Assembly: GCA_031288955.1 (NCBI GenBank)
Contig: JAITQJ010000033.1
Span: 1-29,427, forward strand
Direction of reading: 5' to 3'
From: Planctomycetaceae bacterium
GTDB taxonomy: Bacteria; Planctomycetota; Planctomycetia; Pirellulales; Thermoguttaceae
DNA: 29,427 nt
Shown here: one piece after another, positions 25,237 to 29,427 of the stretch
How the letters are laid out: every line of letters begins with the position of its first letter
Position numbering within the stretch: position 1 is the stretch's first letter
The notes under the pieces: model-generated
What the model was told of the DNA's origin: nothing
Database searches by the model: none
Seen by the model: the letters and a program-made list of their open reading frames with translations, nothing else
Translations under genes and position numbers: made by a program

Positions 25237-25893
25237 TTACCGACCGCTCCAGATGTTTTTGTGCGACCGCTTCGCCTCGTTTTCCGCCTGCCGCAAACGC
25301 TCTTTCGCCGCCGGGGAAAACCGGTATTGAAGTTGCGCCCGCGCCAATCCTTCACGAAGCAGCAACTCGTTCAGACAAACCTCGCCGGTGGATAATTGTA
25401 AATAAACGAATGCCAGCGTCCTGCCGTACCGGTCTATCTGGTCGCCGTCATAAGCAATACGAACCCGGTTGTTCGATGCCGCTATCATCTTTTTCGTCAT
25501 TGCCGATGCCTCCGGTCCGTAAGGCTCAACCGGCGAATTCGGCTTTACCGTTTCCGGCGTGTTGGAACCAATCAGACGGATACGGTACTTCGTTTGCGTA
25601 CCATCAATAACATCAAACGTATCGCCGTCAGCAATGTGAACGACCCGCCAAATACCAACTTTAAGCGGACTCCGCTTTTTTGACGGCAACGCTGAATCCG
25701 CAGCAAAGACGCTGGGACTCATTTCGCCGTTCAGGTCAACAGCATTTTTTCCGCTGATGATTTTTTCTGCCGTCTGCCGCCACTGCGGATTGATGAATCC
25801 GAGAACAGCGAGCAGAACGAAAACCGCCAACGCTGTCCAATAGCGTTTCGGTAATAACCGTGTCAATCTATTTTTAGGAGTTTTACGTTTCAT
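25237..25893 (-). CDS. Thermonuclease (SNase) family protein with an N-terminal membrane anchor
   Basis: IADGDTF, IRLIGSNTPE, DRYGRTLAFV, NELLLREGLAR, AENEAK...NIW; hydrophobic segment WTALAVFVLLAVLGFI. Confidence 0.92.
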   Translation of the reverse strand: MKRKTPKNRLTRLLPKRYWTALAVFVLLAVLGFINPQWRQTAEKIISGKNAVDLNGEMSPSVFAADSALPSKKRSPLKVGIWRVVHIADGDTFDVIDGTQTKYRIRLIGSNTPETVKPNSPVEPYGPEASAMTKKMIAASNNRVRIAYDGDQIDRYGRTLAFVYLQLSTGEVCLNELLLREGLARAQLQYRFSPAAKERLRQAENEAKRSHKNIWSGR

Positions 25894-25899
25894 TTGTGT

Positions 25900-28800
25900 T
25901 TATTTCGCTTCTTTTTTGAAGAACTGCGCTGCTTGGTCGGAAGTGATGCGGCGTGTCTTCGGTATTGGAATACCCGTACTGCCGCTTAAGTATCTTCCTG
26001 TAACGGAACTTCGATTTTTAATTATCTCTTTCGGCGTTCCCTGCGCAACAACAGAGCCTCCGTATTTACCCGTCATTGGACCAAAATCCAATACGTTGTC
26101 AGCCGATGTTATCACATCTTTATCGTGTTCAACAACAAGCAGCGTGTTGCCCAACTCGCGCAATTTTCGCAGTGCATCAATCAAACGCTGATTATCCCGC
26201 GGATGAAGTCCTATCGTCGGTTCGTCTAATACATACAACACGCCGACCAATCCGCTGCCGATTTGTGCTGCCAGCCGTATCCGCTGCGTTTCTCCGCCGG
26301 AAAGCGTCGGTGCAGAACGACCTAGCGTCAGATAATTCAAACCGACATCAATTAAAAATTGCAGCCGGTTTTTCATATCGCTTAACAACTCGCCGGCAAT
26401 CTTTTGTTCACGCTCGTTCGGTTTCCAGTTCTCGAAGATATTCACCAGTTTGTTGAGCGGCATCCGGCAAAGTTGGTCTATCGTGTAACCGATAAACCGG
26501 ACGGCAGACGCATCATCGCGAATCCGGCTGCCGAGACAAACGCCGCATTCAACTTCAACGATAACTTCGTCGTTCTGATAACGCAATGCCGAAACAAGCC
26601 GCATCGCTTCTTCCATCGCCGGATAAAGCCCCTTATACTGAAACCGCAGCAGCGTCTTTTTGGACGAATCTCTGACCTCGTACCAGGTATTGCCCGTCCC
26701 CTGAAAAATCATTCGCCGATGTCTTGCGTCCAGTTCCTCGAACGGCACATCAAGCAGTATTCCCGTGTATTTCGCAAATGTTTCAAGTACCGCTGTACGG
26801 AGATGCTGTTTATCCGACTTCCGCTCATCAGAACAATCGGGCAGCAGTGCTACGGCACCGGCGCGGATAGTCAACTTCGGGTCTCTGAGAAACAACGCCG
26901 GGTTGGCACCTAACTGCACGCCGAGTCCTTCGCAGTGCGGACACCAGCCCAACGGCGAGTTAGCGGAGAAATGATGCGGAGTCAGCGGTTCAAAACTCCG
27001 ACCGCATTTTTCGCAAACCAGAAACAAACTATGCACCGTTCGTTTCCAGTTCGTTTCGTCTTCGGAATCATCTGCTTCAATAATATGCACAATTCCCTGT
27101 CCGATACCCAACGCTTTTTCAATGCTTTCGGCAATGCGGCTTCGCTGTTCGCGGTTTAACTTTTCGTCTTTCACGGAGATTCTATCGACAACCGCTTCGA
27201 CATCGTGTTTTCGCCGCCGGTCAATTTCAGGAACGTCGTCAATTTGATACGTTACACCGTCAATGCGGACACGGGAATAACCGCCGGCTTTAACACGTTG
27301 GAATAAATGTTCATACTGCTGTCCTGTTTCAAGTGTCAGCGGAGCCGTTACAAGAAACCGGTCCGTTTCGTTTTTCCCCGCTGCCGTAACCGTTTTTTCA
27401 ACAATATCGTCCAGCGTTTGCGTTCCGATAGGAATATCACATTCAGGACAATACGGCACGCCGAGCCGGGCAAACAGCACGCGCAGATAATCCTGTATTT
27501 CCGTAACAGTTCCGACAGTGCTGCGCGGCGACCGGGATGCCGATTTCTGTTCAATCGCAATCGCCGGCGACAGTCCTTCGATATTTTCAACTTTCGGCTT
27601 CTGCATTTGTCCGACGAATTGCCGGGCATAACTCGACAGACTTTCGACATACCGGCGTTGTCCTTCAGCGTAAATCGTGTCCATCGCCATCGACGATTTA
27701 CCGCTGCCGCTGCGTCCGCAAAACACCGTCATCTTGTCCCGCGGAATATCAACGGAGACGTTTTTCAGGTTATGCTCCGTTGCGTTATGAACACGGATAA
27801 AACCAGGTCCGTCCTGCTTTACCGGAACGGGGCTGATTGTATTCCGCTTCGCCGCAGAAGGGTTAAACATCTTTTTCAACGCCCTGCCGGTATAACTTTC
27901 GGCGCATCGGGCAACTTCTTCAGGCGTACCGGTTGTTACAACATATCCGCCGGCTTCACCGCCTTCGGGACCGAGGTCAATAACCCAATCTGCCGTTTTG
28001 ATAACGTCGAGATTATGTTCAACGACCAATACCGTGTTACCGTTGTCGGCAAACTCGTGCAGCACTCCGAGCAGCACTTTAATATCAGCAAAATGCAGTC
28101 CCGTTGTCGGTTCGTCAAGCAGATACAGTGTCTTTCCGGTACTGCGTTTGACAAGTTCCCGCGCCAGTTTGATTCGCTGTGCCTCTCCGCCGGACAGTGT
28201 CGGCGAAGGCTGCCCCAACTTCATATACCCCAAACCGACACGGTCGATAAGCGTTAAATAATGCCGTATCTTCGGATGGTTGCCGAAATGTTCTAATGCT
28301 TCTTCGATACTCATATTGAGAGCATCGTTAATCGATTTACCTTTGTATTTCACCGATAGCGTTTCGAGATTGAAACGCTGCCCCTGACAAGCCGAACACG
28401 TAACATACAGGTCGGCGAGGAAGTCCATTTCGAGACGTTGTTCGCCGCGTCCTTCGCAGGCATCGCAGCGTCCGCCGCGGACATTGAAACTGAAACGCCC
28501 CGGAGCGAAGCCTTTGACTTTCGCCTCCGGCAACTCCGCATAGAGCGACCGGATTTCGTCAAAAACTTTAATATATGTTGCCGGATTACTATGATTGCCG
28601 CGTCCAATCGGCGACTGGTCAATGTCGATTAACTTGTCGAGATAATGCAGCCCCTCGATTTTTTTGTATTTGCCCGGATTGCCGAAACCCCGGTTTAAGT
28701 CACGGTTTAACGCTTCGACAATAATACCGTTGACCAGCGACGACTTGCCCGAACCGCTGACACCGGTTATGCAGACAAATGCGCCGAGCGGTATCGCAAC

Positions 28801-29427
28801 GTCAACTTTTTTCAGGTTATGATGTGCTGCTCCGCGGATAATCAGTTGCTTCGTCTTGTCAATCGCCCGCCGTTGTTTCGGCAGCGGTATCGAATCTTCA
28901 CCGTTCAGAAATTTTAAGGTCTTCGATTCAAAAACCTCTCCGTTTTTTTTGCTGCCATCCAATGTTAGTTTTTCGGCATAACCGCCGCGCACGCCGGGAC
29001 CGGGTCCGAAGTCAACAAGAACATCAGCCGCCCGCATTGTGTCTTCATCGTGTTCGACAACGACAACGGTATTGCCTAAATCCCGAAGGCGGCGCAGCGT
29101 TCCCAAAAGCCGGTCGTTGTCCCGCGGATGCAGACCGATACTCGGTTCGTCGAGAATGTACAGCACGCCGACGAGTCCGCTGCCGATTTGACTCGCCAGA
29201 CGTATCCGCTGCATTTCACCGCCGGAAAGCGTCGGGGCAGTCCGCCCCAGTGCCAGATATTCAAGACCGACATTCACCAAAAAACTGATGCGGTTACGGA
29301 TTTCCTTTAATACTTCTTCGGCAATCAGTCCCTGATTCTTCGTCAGTGTTAACTTCGTGAAAAATTGCTGCAACCGGTCAATCGGTAAAGCACATAACTG
29401 CGGCAGCGTCAATGATTTTCCGCTTGC
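25900..29427 (-). CDS. uvrA: Excinuclease ABC subunit A, tandem-fused type; 5' part outside the window; lacks the final NBD
   Basis: The frame is open to the window edge. It contains three LSGGExQRI signature/DEP Walker B sets, Walker A motifs GVSGSGKSS (28738-28764) and GRSGSGKSS (27691-27717), a second UvrA start motif (NLKNVSVDIPRDKM...DTIYAEGQRRYVESLS) and CxxC zinc modules. Confidence 0.93.
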   Translation of the reverse strand, partial: ASGKSLTLPQLCALPIDRLQQFFTKLTLTKNQGLIAEEVLKEIRNRISFLVNVGLEYLALGRTAPTLSGGEMQRIRLASQIGSGLVGVLYILDEPSIGLHPRDNDRLLGTLRRLRDLGNTVVVVEHDEDTMRAADVLVDFGPGPGVRGGYAEKLTLDGSKKNGEVFESKTLKFLNGEDSIPLPKQRRAIDKTKQLIIRGAAHHNLKKVDVAIPLGAFVCITGVSGSGKSSLVNGIIVEALNRDLNRGFGNPGKYKKIEGLHYLDKLIDIDQSPIGRGNHSNPATYIKVFDEIRSLYAELPEAKVKGFAPGRFSFNVRGGRCDACEGRGEQRLEMDFLADLYVTCSACQGQRFNLETLSVKYKGKSINDALNMSIEEALEHFGNHPKIRHYLTLIDRVGLGYMKLGQPSPTLSGGEAQRIKLARELVKRSTGKTLYLLDEPTTGLHFADIKVLLGVLHEFADNGNTVLVVEHNLDVIKTADWVIDLGPEGGEAGGYVVTTGTPEEVARCAESYTGRALKKMFNPSAAKRNTISPVPVKQDGPGFIRVHNATEHNLKNVSVDIPRDKMTVFCGRSGSGKSSMAMDTIYAEGQRRYVESLSSYARQFVGQMQKPKVENIEGLSPAIAIEQKSASRSPRSTVGTVTEIQDYLRVLFARLGVPYCPECDIPIGTQTLDDIVEKTVTAAGKNETDRFLVTAPLTLETGQQYEHLFQRVKAGGYSRVRIDGVTYQIDDVPEIDRRRKHDVEAVVDRISVKDEKLNREQRSRIAESIEKALGIGQGIVHIIEADDSEDETNWKRTVHSLFLVCEKCGRSFEPLTPHHFSANSPLGWCPHCEGLGVQLGANPALFLRDPKLTIRAGAVALLPDCSDERKSDKQHLRTAVLETFAKYTGILLDVPFEELDARHRRMIFQGTGNTWYEVRDSSKKTLLRFQYKGLYPAMEEAMRLVSALRYQNDEVIVEVECGVCLGSRIRDDASAVRFIGYTIDQLCRMPLNKLVNIFENWKPNEREQKIAGELLSDMKNRLQFLIDVGLNYLTLGRSAPTLSGGETQRIRLAAQIGSGLVGVLYVLDEPTIGLHPRDNQRLIDALRKLRELGNTLLVVEHDKDVITSADNVLDFGPMTGKYGGSVVAQGTPKEIIKNRSSVTGRYLSGSTGIPIPKTRRITSDQAAQFFKKEAK

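Noticed and set aside
27307-28257. 316-aa + strand ORF
   Set aside because: Antisense shadow of uvrA, as commonly produced by codon bias.

Overview
Chromosomal window of a planctomycete. The lineage call is an inference from the DUF1559/H-X9-DG protein, tandem-fused UvrA, Tat-exported Gfo/Idh/MocA, HzsA-like protein and long FlgL; a gut lineage is possible. It holds about 16 mostly unlinked genes: hemL, a DUF11-repeat protein, a TPR membrane protein, an orphan flgL, an Rpn-like PD-(D/E)XK nuclease, an HzsA-like/di-heme/FGE fusion, a MotE-like protein, a Tat oxidoreductase, an LTXXQ protein with a DUF1559 protein, a DHH phosphoesterase, an MMPL transporter, a ParDE pair, an exported M16C protease, a thermonuclease and the 3' part of a fused uvrA. 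An IS1595 relic lies at the left edge. No rRNA, tRNA, CRISPR array, integrase or reverse transcriptase was seen. Strongest leads: (1) the Rpn-like gene has a leaderless-type promoter and an in-frame internal RBS+ATG, suggesting a nested toxin/antitoxin; (2) a ~140-bp MITE-like element occurs twice and carries an outward sigma70-like promoter aimed antisense into the neighbouring gene; (3) the double UvrA stops cleanly before its final nucleotide-binding domain (NBD); (4) a secreted HzsA-like di-heme/FGE fusion of unknown chemistry. All family assignments come from motif recognition by eye, not database searches.
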